Positions 52,171 to 63,521 of a stretch of 63,521 nt of DNA are shown here, piece by piece. This stretch comes from Octopus bimaculoides (Eukaryota). The stretch lies in NCBI RefSeq assembly GCF_001194135.2, contig NC_069001.1, positions 26,648,653-26,712,173 of the forward strand. Direction: 5' to 3'. Below the pieces are notes generated by a model. That model was not told the origin of the DNA, ran no database searches, and saw only the letters and a program-made list of their open reading frames with translations. Position 1 is the stretch's first letter; the number at the start of each line of letters is the position of its first letter. The position numbers were made by a program, and so were the translations under genes.

Positions 52171-52752
52171 AGTCTCTTGGGTCGAGGTTACAGAATTTTT
52201 AAACCGTCTCAGTGCATTTTAGTTTGATATTTAAATGCACCATATTTGCCATTCTCACCCTCACGAATTGCAATCTACCCTGAAGTTCGTCTTCAATAGT
52301 TATATGATGAATGTTGTGATGGGTCGGACAAGGTAGAAAAGTTCTTTTCTGAAACTATTCAAACGTAACTGCGTATTTCTTTTCCGACACCCACAGAGTA
52401 GAGAAGCTGCAATTTTTATTTGTCAAATGATGTGAACAATGAAGCTTGCATTTTGAGAAGATACAGCGGATATTTTCTTTAATAAGTGAATACATATAGA
52501 GTTAATATTACCAAGACGCTGAAAATAGTGCTATTTTAGTTTCTTTCGGATTGATCATTAAAAAAGTGGGGGAAAAATCTAACACGAAAAGAGGTAAACG
52601 CTAAATGATGATGGGTTTTCAAGATTCGATTTTGTTGACCTTATGTATTGTATTTGCATAAGCATGATATGCATACATATATAAATTATGTATGGAAGTA
52701 TATATATATATGTGTGTATATATAGAGAGAAAGAGAAATATATAAATACACA

Positions 52753-52868
<116 letters not shown>

Positions 52869-53524
52869 CATATACCTACACAAATATACAGCTACATACT
52901 TTATGAATATATATATATGTATATATATATGTATATATATATGTATATATATATATATCAGAGAGAGAGAGAGAGAGAGAGATGTATATATGTACGTACA
53001 TACAGAACTTCATAATATGTGTGTGTATACGTATATGAATATATACATACATGCATGCACATTACACTCCTACATACATTTCATATACATAAACGTATGT
53101 ATGTATATGTATACAAGATGGGAGCATACATAAGGCAAGCATCAGCGGTGAGGTAAACTAAAAATATGCAAGCTGAATGTATCCATTAGGATTAACGCCT
53201 CAAAGAATACTTGATTACAAATGTATGTTGTTCATATGCACGTAATCATCCAGCGATTGTTTCTTTGCATATTATCCAATAATTATTATCATGTTTCCTG
53301 TTCATGCTTTGAGAAATTCCTTTCATGAAGCAAGAATGAGTTACATGTTGAAGAATATGCTTAGAAATGTCAAAAGAATATTTTTGCTTTAGGAATATTT
53401 AGAAGTTTGATAAAAATATTCAATGGAAAACATGAATAGAAGTGTTCGGTGTTCAAACTGATGCTTATTTTTAATAAATTTTGGGAATTTTTTTTTTTTG
53501 GAATCTTTTATTTTGTAATGTTTT

Positions 53525-53990
53525 TGGTCATTGGATTGTAACCATACTGGGACACTGCGTTCAAAGTTTCTTTACTGGAGTGAATAGATCTCAGTATTTA
53601 CTTCTCTTAGGTCTGGTATAAATCAATCGATTTCTTGTACCGCACCTTTAAATCACTAAGGGAACAAACAACTGTCGTGAAATGGTAGGGTAGGTGGGGG
53701 CAGACACATTCACAAGAAAACAAAATATGTATGTATATGTATATATGAATACATAAGCTTACCGACGCACAAGGAAGACACTCACAAGAATACAGACACA
53801 TATATACGACAGGCTTCCAAGTATTGTCCCTTTTTTTGTGTGCTGAATTAACTCAACGCATGAATTTACTCAACGACCAAAGCCTGCAGTAGAAGAAACT
53901 TATCCAAGTTGCCGAGCAGTTGAACTGAACCTCTAATCACTTGGCACCAAAGCAGGCTTTTTAGCCATATTAACCAACGCCGGCGCCTAT
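53525..53990 (-). mobile_element. SINE family C, degenerate full length
   Basis: tatacgacaggcttcca...gcagtagaagaaacttatccaagttgccgagcagttgaactgaacc is the reverse complement of the family C head and CORE block. Confidence 0.7.
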
Positions 53991-54199
53991 ATATCATATA
54001 CTGCTGTAGTTTTTGTCATTGAAATTTACGTCAACAATATTTTGTCCGACTTGATTTTAATTATAAAAATCTTCATTTGTGCTTCACGCTATAATCTATG
54101 AAGACAGATGGGGGCTACGCATTCTGTCAGGGAACGTTATCTTTATTGGGAAATACAAAACTTTGGTGTTGAAAACTATAGGCGGTAATCGCCAGGTCT

Positions 54200-55990
54200 G
54201 TGATTAATGCCCTAGTGTGTTTGCATCATCTGGACACAGTGTAAAGTATAGTGTAGTTGATTGCTCTGAACTAGAAAAGCATTTTATGTGCATTGCAGAA
54301 TATATGGATATTATTTTCAACAAATCTCTTTTAATAGACAGTTTCTTTATCGCTCGTGATATTGCTTCTGCTCTTCCATTGAAGCTGTAGATGCGCTTCT
54401 AGGTAAGAGAAACAATAGCATTTTTATGTATATGTAGAGCCAGTTCATGTGAATATTAGACATGGACAGAGATACTTTTACATTTAATCATTATATCCCA
54501 TTTCCCTGCAGTTTAGAGTCCTGATATTTGCTCTTCGAGTTCTAAACAAATTCCTCAGAAGATATTTGTTTCTGGTATATTCAACTCTTTACATATATAT
54601 ATGTTTTCTATCATAGTCAACATTGGTTAATCAGATTTTATTTTCCAGGATTGTTTATAGTCATTGAATATATTTCGCATTTTTCAGTTCAGATTACAAA
54701 ATTTACTTTTGTCACAGTTCAGTTCAATACTACAGTAATTCCATGGGGTTCCCCTATCGCGGTTTATTATTTAAGCTTACGTCGATTCCTCCGTGGTGTT
54801 CTTTTACGTTTATAATAAAATAAATATATACAAATTATAAAAAAGAAATGTAATAAAAATATACAGTACTGTTTCTACTTCGCGGAGTTTCACCTATCAC
54901 GGTGGGTTTGAAATATCATACCAGCGATAGTCGAGTAAAATTGTCTTTGCAAATATGTTAATGGCAAAGAAAGAACTGTTACTCTTCAGCTGATTTGAGT
55001 TGATAGTTACTTTTCCTCCGATATCAATATTCTATTTTTACTCTCATTTTCTTTACCAACCTGATAACAAGGATCAGGTATATCATCTTGTGTGACTGAT
55101 CAATACAAGCTTTCTCCCCTCCAGAAATTTTTAATTTCTCTTTTCTAGAATTTACACTTACTTAACAGTATTTTTTGTGAACAGTTTATAAGTAGTGATA
55201 TCTATATTAGTTAGAAATACATGAAGGGATTGATCGATAACAATCAGTAATCTTTTTAAGGATCTATATCCTACAGCTGATGGTCTTCTTGAAAATGATT
55301 TAGAGGCTTCTGAATTTTACCGCTACCTAGTAGAGTTGTATGTCAAACGAAAAATCGTCCAAACTTTTGGATGTTTCCATAACTTACTCAGTTTCTGATA
55401 CTGTTTAAAGCAAGCCAAGAATCAGATAATTTAAGGGGATATTTTTGTATTAACATTTCTGATATTTAATTCTCCAACAAATTACAGTTTCTATTTTATG
55501 TAGATGCGCTTACAAATATAAGCTTCCAAAATGCATCTAATGCGCCATTAGTGTTATATACTATCAATTGTTATGTCTTCCCATTTTTATTCTTATAGAC
55601 TTTCTGCAGTTTGCTTCCAACATCATGGTTTTAAGACTACCATGTTTTTCAAATGCCAAATCGGCATTAAGTATCAGATTATAATCAGTTATTTAAAGCA
55701 AATATTTTCGTTTCAATCATTCGAATGTTTGCAGTCGTGTTTGTTCATTGCTTGTATATAATCATCATGAGTTCCTTATATTTGCCAGAGTATAATCTCG
55801 TCTGGGTTATTTTATTTACTTAGTAACGTGGAATATCACTTCTACATTCTAATTATCACCTCCAGTTATCTCATCTGTTGATGCATTTGCGTTTGGTAAC
55901 TTTCCAATTTATTTAATCTCGCATAGCTTATTGTTAACATGCAAACGCGTTTACGATATTCTTTAATTTAGATGTAATAATATGATTTTC
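54200..55990 (-). pseudogene. Heavily decayed Dong/R4-type reverse-transcriptase ORF
   Basis: Minus-strand fragments in the expected order: WKQTAESL*E*KWEDITIDSI (cf. EQEWEDIT), TTLLGSGKIQKPLN then RP/ISC (cf. T.LLPK...P.NYRPI.C), LL..IDQSLHVFLTNIDI, ACID (cf. AWID), DDIPDPC (cf. D.VPHSW). Many stops and frameshifts. Confidence 0.6.
54731..54944. mobile_element. pogo/Tigger-like MITE inserted in the Dong/R4 fossil
   Basis: Left end ta-cagtaattcc...cctatcgcgg; internal tacagtactg...ttctacttcgcgga.tttcacctatc.cgg; right end gcgatagtcgag..aattg. TA-CAGT termini are typical of Tigger/pogo. Confidence 0.6.
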
Positions 55991-56434
55991 TAATACTATG
56001 CTTATAGAAACCTTTCAAATCATTTAGATCTTTAAAAGATTGTTTCTTACGAATATGCCCACAGTTCATAAGATCCACTTGAACAAGACTCTATATGTGG
56101 TGGCCATGAAGAAGAATGTAGTCAGAATTAGGGATGTCTACACTATTAGCAATATTATTATCCCAGAAATCAGAGAGGACATTATTACTTATTTTTACGA
56201 ATACGAATATTACTACAAAGTTTATATCACTTTCACGATCTCTTTACTTGTAGATCCACAGAATCATTTGTAACTGTCACGATATTTTTTGTAAACCAAC
56301 GTTCATTTCAGCGTCTTTTACTCTGCATATCTGGCACTAGATTTGTATACAACTTCACCAGTTTAATAAATAAAACTTTATGCACTACTGAAAATAAATT
56401 ACCTGTTTAATATTACAAAATAAGCAAGGTGACA

Positions 56435-56612
56435 AGTTTGCAGATTCGGTAGTTCAGGGGACAAAATTCTTACTGGTACTTCATCCGTCCTAACATACTC
56501 AATTCAAGTTCTACCTTGTGATCGATAAAACAAGCACCAATTGAACACGGGGATGCAGGTAATCGACTACTTCACCAATTCACAGAATTGCTGGCCTTGC
56601 GCAAAATTAAGC
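56435..56612 (+). mobile_element. SINE family A, degenerate
   Basis: aaggtgacaagtttgcaga head; gatcgataaaacaagcaccaattgaacac...taatcgact...gaattgctggccttg. Confidence 0.7.
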
Positions 56613-57121
56613 AAAGGAATATTATAAAGTATGCTATATAAAATAACGATATAAAATAACAAATGTTTGTGTCGGGTGAAAAAATTGTATATTAATAATT
56701 ACAAAGAACACTCTGTCAGGATTGACCAAACATTTATATCTGGAATGTTTCTACCAAGCCTGACTAGAAATTTTCTTACGTGGGCAATGGTTTTATATGC
56801 AAAATGTCACCGTATTATGCCACTGCTGCTGCCCACGAAAGTAGAAGCAATCCCAGTTTATGCTTGAAACGAGTGTCTTTGCAACAGAATTCTTGGAAGA
56901 AAATGCTGGGAGAATTCTAACAGACATTTAACGACAAAAGCTCCACACGTTCAGTTATCCAGGCTATTTGAATTATGATTTATTCAATCGAAACATAGGA
57001 GGTAATATTCAGTTAGACGGTATTCTCAAAAACCATACAAATATTGCGCATCCCTATGCGTTCCTTCACATGTGTGTTCCTGTCATAATACATGGGTGCA
57101 AGTAAATCCCTCACTCACTCA

Positions 57122-57158
<37 letters not shown>

Positions 57159-57260
57159 AGGGTGTTCATATCTTATTTTTGCCAGTTAACCACACGCCAT
57201 TTATGCTCGATCTTCGCATCAGCTTTATTATTACATTTATTTTAGTGTGCTTTGTCGGAA

Positions 57261-57293
57261 ATGTTTCGTCACACATCCTGTGACCTCTTTAAC
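57261..57293 (-). mobile_element. Penelope-type terminal hammerhead-like relic
   Basis: Minus strand gTTAAAGA-G-GTCAC-aggatgt-GTGAC-GAAAC: perfect 5-bp stem II and GAAAC, eroded CUGANGA. Confidence 0.45.
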
Positions 57294-58619
57294 GACATTC
57301 CGACCCACGTGTCTCCTTCCGCTCTCATCGAGAATCTTGGAAAACAAGCACTAAACATTATATATGTGTGTGTATGTAAATGTGTGTGTATATATATGTG
57401 CGTGTGTGTGCATATATATGTATATATATATATATGCAGTTATAAACTACATATTTATATGCATACACATAGCGTGCTGGGGAAAAAAGCTATATGTTAT
57501 GCACTATTCCATTTCACAACAGAAGACATGGTAAAATAAAACGAAATAACATACACACGGTTATTCTTATTGCTGCAAGATATATTTTATAATATACTTC
57601 GTTAAGATGCTTTCAAACATATGTTCTTTCTCAATACATGCTGTTCAAATAATAGGTGTTATATATAAAGACTTTCCTCTGGCCTTTTGCCGTCTTGCAT
57701 CTAGTTAACACTCTACAAGTTTTACCGCCTTAACAAGTTGAACCTTATTTACTGGTTGACGTCATTAAATATTGTTTGTCATAAATCTGTTAATCTCCTA
57801 AACATAACTTTCTGATACTAAGAGGCGGGAGGGTCATTTGTATGTTATATTATTATATTTTCTCTTATTTTCTCTTACTCTTTTTGTTTGTTTTCTTTTT
57901 TTGGATGGGTTTGTTCTTTCTTTCCCTTACTGCGCTGCAACTTTAGATTCATTACACAACAGTGGTGCTAAACCTATACACAATGATCAAAAACAAGAAC
58001 AGCGTTCCGGTTTTTCCTTGTATACACACTAGTACACACGCACGTGTGTGTATATGTATGGGTGTGTTTGTGTGTTGTATATAACAGGTATTATATATAT
58101 GTTATATATAACACGTGTATTATATACATATACATATTTTATATGTAATATTTAAGTATATGTATATATATATATATTGTATGTGTGTGTTTGGAGAGTT
58201 CGGTTTTCGAGTATTCTCGTATATGTATATTTCTTCAATTGGAATTACAGAATCATTTTTATCTTCTGATTTGATGCGACAAAATTATAAAACAAAGACA
58301 GGACAGAACGCAAACACAAAACGAAATGTAAACACACTGAGATCTGCTTCATTACTACTGCTGATATAACACACAGACAATGATAAGTACAAAACAAGAA
58401 AAATAGATTCATCAAATATTAACTATATATTTACTGGGGAGAGAGAGAGAAAGAGAGATTGTGACATAGATAGATACAGAAAGAAAGAAAGAAAGAGAGA
58501 GAGACTTAAATATTTATTTGATCTTTTATTTGAATTAGAATCACATTTGTTTCTCGAGTTTTTTCTTTTACGGTTATCTTTCTCTGTTTGTCTCTCATTG
58601 TCTATATCAAAAGGGCAAG

Positions 58620-58775
58620 TCTCTGTATGTATGTATGTATGTATGTATGTATGTATGAGCGTATCTATGCGTAGAAGTATATAAATATATACGTATATAT
58701 ATATATGTACATATATATGTATATGTGTATATGTATATGTGTGTATATGTATGTGTATATATATATATATATATG

Positions 58776-58842
<67 letters not shown>

Positions 58843-59534
58843 ANNNNNNNNNNNNNNNNNNNNNNNNNNNNNNNNNNNNNNNNNNNNNNNNNNNNNNNNN
58901 NNNNNNNNNNNNNNNNNNNNNNNNNNNNNNNNNNNNNNNNNNNNNNNNNNNNNNNNNNNNNNNNNNNNNNNNNNNNNNNNNNNNNNNNNNNNNNNNNNNN
59001 NNNNNNNNNNNNNNNNNNNNNNNNNNNNNNNNNNNNNNNNNNNNNNNNNNNNNNNNNNNNNNNNNNNNNNNNNNNNNNNNNNNNNNNNNNNNNNNNNNNN
59101 NNNNNNNNNNNNNNNNNNNNNNNNNNNNNNNNNNNNNNNNNNNNNNNNNNNNNNNNNNNNNNNNNNNNNNNNNNNNNNNNNNNNNNNNNNNNNNNNNNNN
59201 NNNNNNNNNNNNNNNNNNNNNNNNNNNNNNNNNNNNNNNNNNNNNNNNNNNNNNNNNNNNNNNNNNNNNNNNNNNNNNNNNNNNNNNNNNNNNNNNNNNN
59301 NNNNNNNNNNNNNNNNNNNNNNNNNNNNNNNNNNNNNNNNNNNNNNNNNNNNNNNNNNNNNNNNNNNNNNNNNNNNNNNNNNNNNNNNNNNNNNNNNNNN
59401 NNNNNNNNNNNNNNNNNNNNNNNNNNNNNNNNNNNNNNNNNNNNNNNNNNNNNNNNNNTATATATGTATATGTGTATATATATATATATGTATATGTGTA
59501 TATATGTATATGTATATATATATATGTATATGTG

Positions 59535-59567
<33 letters not shown>

Positions 59568-59600
59568 ATATGTGTATGTGTATATGTGTATATATATATA
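58620..59600. repeat. Compound (TATG)/(TA)/(TATATG) microsatellite spanning an N-gap
   Basis: Directly visible. Explains the 296-400 aa low-complexity ORFs. Confidence 0.97.
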
Positions 59601-60051
59601 TATATACATACATAAATACATTCACACATACAAACTTTTAGACACAGTGACACGCACAAAAACACTTTCTATGTCTATGAATTTACTTCAAGTGCATATA
59701 TATGTGAATATGTTTATGCATTGTGAAGTGTTCACCTCGATTGGCCAAAAGTAAACTAGCATAAATATTCAAAGAACTTTTTACAGTATAATCTTTCCTT
59801 TTTCCCTTTTACTTGATTGTGAGATATGAGAAAGGGCAGCGCCTCGACCTGCCTCATATGAAGGCTTCTATGACTGGCAGAAGGGGAAGAGGAACTGTTA
59901 TCTACATCGTAGAGATCTGACAATGGTTTGTACTCTGGTACCTCTACCAAAGTCAAACTCGTGTATAAAATGTTAGCTGTTTATAGCCAGTTGCGTTTAA
60001 GATTAAACGTCTTTGATATTGCTTTCAGAAAATTTTAGAGTTGAAACTAAA

Positions 60052-60374
60052 CAGTATTTCTGAGCCATATTTTTTCTATGGAACCCTTTGATTACTGTTT
60101 TACTGTGATGCAGCCCCATTGCTATTCGATGTTCAAAAACTAATTTTGTACATGCTTATTTCAAAATTCCTGTTTTGCTTTTCACGCCTTAGCTGGTGTT
60201 GGTAGAACTACGTAAAATGTTGGAGAAAGAATTCTTACTCTTTGGTTCTATAAACACATCTGAAGTAAAATATTTTCGTAGACCCTTAATATATTACTAT
60301 TGCCTTCGCGTGGACCCCCAAACAATCTTGTATGGAGCCCATAGTTCCATATGGACCCCGGTTTAGCACCACTT
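60052..60374. mobile_element. hAT (Charlie-like) MITE remnant
   Basis: Left cagtatttctgagcc...tatggaaccctttg; right ggaccccc...catatggaccccggtttagcaccact. Resembles CAGTGGTTCTCAACC termini with subterminal ggaccc motifs. TSD not preserved. Confidence 0.55.
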
Positions 60375-61492
60375 GTGTAGATGAAGTATTCACTGATTCG
60401 CCCTATTTCATACATATCTAAAGCGAAAGATTAAATTATAGGAATTGTTTGTCAAGTTAAAATCTAAGTTGTTACTGTTAGTTAAAACTATATCATCTTA
60501 TATGTTGTTAATGAACACGATTTAGTAAATAAAAAGTAAGTAAATCAACATTTATTTTTTAACAATCCTTAGATTTTATGATCAAATTTACTCTTCGATT
60601 TTACTAGATATATTTTCAAATTTTTTATAAGTTTTATGCATTTCTCAATGTCTGTAGAACGACAAAGTTAAGTCTTGCTTCGAAGTCTTTGTCACAGTTC
60701 CATGAGTATTTTTTCTAAGTTCTCAGTTCAGGATCAGTATGAGAGTGAAGCTTGATCTAATTAAATGTACATTCTCTTTAAGTGTTCGCTCTTTTTATAT
60801 TTTATAAAAATATACCCATAAAACTGCAGCTAAAGACTTAAACGGACTTAAATCAACCATGGCCGTCCTAACATAATAGAAAATCTATCCTATACTCTAT
60901 GTGTGCTATCTCGTAGTTCATATAATTATATTTGGTATACTCAAAAGCCAATACTATTTCTGAAAAAAAAAAAAGAAAGAACAAATATATAAAGAGATAT
61001 ATAAATAAAATACTTCTGTTAGAACGAAGTTACTGGTGTGGAAACTTGTTTCTAGCTAGATATTGATGTTTATTAAAATGATATGTCGAAAAAGCTAGAG
61101 ATTGCAACAATACAATCATTGTAAAATTGATGCAAATGAAGAATAGATAAGAGTAACAGAAAGTAATGTCTATGAGAGTCTGCTAGACGACAAGTAATTA
61201 TGATAGGTATCATAATGGTTTTTAGGTTTCAGTGAAGAAATTATTATATTATCGTTACTAACATAAACGTTAGGAATTGTCAGTCCTTTGTGTTCAAAAA
61301 TAGGGGAAATAAAAAAAAAAGATTAGAAGAAATAACTAAAAATAAAAAGAGAAAAGCTAAATTGCATTTTCAGTAATAAATTCTGATAAAAATCGTACAC
61401 TAGCCAATATCAAATTTGAGTAAAATTGCACGAAATCAGGTTTTTCATTGAAAACACAATAGCATTACACACAAAATCAAACAAACATACAC

Positions 61493-61569
<77 letters not shown>

Positions 61570-61572
61570 GTC

Positions 61573-61604
<32 letters not shown>

Positions 61605-61672
61605 TATACAAATATATATATACACATATATATATATACATAGAAGTACATATATATACATATATACATATG

Positions 61673-61712
<40 letters not shown>

Positions 61713-61997
61713 CATGCAACTGGAAACATTGATGATTACATAACCACACAAAGGTATACACATTTTACCGCATTTATTTTACGTTAAATCTTTTAAACCG
61801 AAAGGAAAACTAATTCCATTAGAGCTAATGTTTCTATATGACAATATTATATAATGCATGCATTTAGTTTTAGCAACGCTGGGTAGCACTACGTACGATT
61901 GTCGATTATGTTAAAGTTACAGGAAATGTATAAGATAAAAATTTACAAGTTTCCTAAAGCTGAAACGTATCAGAAGTTTTCTGTGTCATATTCTTAC

Positions 61998-62090
61998 GGT
62001 GCGTTAAAAAACTGTGATTTCCTTTTCTCTACTAAACTAATGCCCCGTCGGCAAAATTCTTTCAATGGATAGTGACGCCATCTTCCCTGC
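61998..62090 (-). other. Candidate first (5' UTR / uORF) exon of a leftward transcript
   Basis: Starts at the YY1-like aagATGGCG; short ORF MASLSIERILPTGH* (62081-62037); donor cacc|GTAAGA at 61997. Confidence 0.3.
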
Positions 62091-62195
62091 GCATGCGTGA
62101 AAATGTTCGCCTCATTAAGGCCACTTTCCTTCCCAACTGTTACGCCTAAAGTACCGACGTGTTGTACGCCCTGTTCTGATTTTCGTTTGCAGCGA
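62040..62195. promoter_or_regulatory. CpG-enriched promoter-like site with adjacent CRE half-site, YY1-like and NRF1-like motifs
   Basis: gtgacg (62072-62077), cgccatctt (62076-62084) and tgcgcatgcg (62088-62097), in a locally CpG-rich non-repeat island. Confidence 0.45.
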
Positions 62196-62504
62196 ACACC
62201 TCAAACAGATATATTGTGTGAAGTCTTGCCAAAAGCTGAAAACATCCACAAGATTCAGTTTGAGAGTGTTCCGAGATTATACGTTGAGATACTCACTCCA
62301 ATTTCTCTACCTTCTCGACTATAATTATATATACAGCTATTGTTTATACATATAAATTTTAAAGTTGAAGTGCGACCATTCAGACTAGAGAAACATGAAA
62401 CATCAAGTAATTCAAGTACCGATCTAACTCTGCCTTAACATATCGTGTATGTCGATTTTCATTTGTCAGTATCAAAATTTCGCACGTGGCCAGTAATATC
62501 GAGG

Positions 62505-62735
62505 AACAGGGTTAGCCTATTACATTGATCCTTGTGCTGGGGACGTACCACCTATCCTGAAATTCCTGGCTTTTTGCCAAAATTCGAATCCAATATTAAT
62601 ATTTGATTTAAGGTGACAAGCTGGCAGAATCGCTGGGTGACAAGCTACTAGAATCGTAATAACATCTGTACGTTCAAAGTTAAAATTCCGTTCTGAGTTC
62701 AAATTGTTGGCCTTCTACCAAAGTTTGAAACCAAT
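62505..62735. mobile_element. Mixed-orientation SINE family A fragments
   Basis: Minus fragment 62505-62545, plus-strand tail 62550-62600, plus-strand head and tail 62608-62735 (aaggtgacaagctggcagaatcg). Confidence 0.7.
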
Positions 62736-62900
62736 AACTGTGTAATTTCAACAAGGCATTGTACATATGCTTCCAGTGTATTAAGAGATTATGTAGGAAT
62801 TGCAGTCTGTCTCAGGAGGAGCAAGTTACAGTGCAGCAAAAACTTAGTCTAAACAGCAACAAAGTATGTTTAGCATGGTCAAGTATGTTATATATATACA

Positions 62901-62931
<31 letters not shown>

Positions 62932-63466
62932 GCACGCATGTGTAATTGTATGCATCTATGCATGCAATCGTGTTATTGCGAACAGGCGAGGATTGCTAAA
63001 TAAACGTCTCTGAGACTATATACAATACTGTTAGCTTTCTAGCTACGTTAATAGATCAAACACTCATTTTAATGATGGCATTGAAATCAAACAACAATCC
63101 AAAGAGAGCTACTCCTTTTGAGACTATGAGAGGTGTTTTATGGCAAAATATAATACAATAAAACACTCGGTTTAACTGTACATGACCAGTGCTAGGAACA
63201 AATAAGTACAAAGTAAAATAATATACTGCACTAAATTTATACACACATACATATTTACATTTATATGTATACGTATCTCAGCGTAAATATGATCAAACAG
63301 ACACCACTGAGGCTGATGCTGGTCTACATCGACAAGACCTATGTAGTGGAAACCGATAAATGTACAGTGCAGTTGCCGTGAGAACTGAGAATTCCAAAGT
63401 GAAGGTATCGTTGAAAGAGAAGGAAGGCCACTGTCAAAAATGTGTGTATATATGTGTGTGTATATA

Positions 63467-63521
<55 letters not shown>

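Noticed and set aside
55261-55398. Plus-strand exon-like DLYPTADGLLENDLEASEFYRYL
   Set aside because: It is the antisense of the Dong/R4 RT fossil, which explains its composition.
63318-63360. ctgatgctg...ctacat/atgtag...gaaac, hammerhead-like
   Set aside because: The core is CTGATGC, not CTGANGA, and the stem is not adjacent to the core boxes.

Overview
Eukaryotic, AT-rich, microsatellite-dense, repeat-dominated DNA with ten N-gaps, most of them flanked by microsatellites. The repeat content (several tRNA-derived SINE families, compound (TA)n/(CA)n/(GA)n/(ATCT)n tracts) looks like an Octopus or other coleoid cephalopod genome. That taxon call is my inference from pattern recognition, not a database result. 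I cannot support any complete protein-coding gene, rRNA, true tRNA or CRISPR array, and almost all supplied ORFs are translations of microsatellites, N-gaps or SINEs. Well supported: about 30 SINE copies from four families (two with clear target-site duplications), fossil non-LTR retrotransposons (a Dong/R4-type 3' end with RLE motif and (TAA)n tail, a Dong/R4-type RT fossil, an RTE-like endonuclease fossil), and Tc1/pogo, hAT and Helitron-like relics. Best leads: (1) Penelope-type hammerhead-ribozyme-like cores at about 8.3 kb and 57.3 kb; (2) a CpG-rich YY1+NRF1-like promoter signature at about 62.1 kb, followed by a minus-strand splice donor, which suggests the window may be mostly intron of a leftward transcript; (3) a diverged 150-bp direct duplication whose stems are preserved, with H/ACA-like boxes; (4) a 77-nt hairpin with a perfect 17-bp stem; (5) fold-back palindromes built from microsatellites; (6) a few orphan candidate exons. 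I did not find convincing evidence of a new multi-gene system. Repeat coordinates are approximate (about +/-10-20 nt) unless stated as exact.
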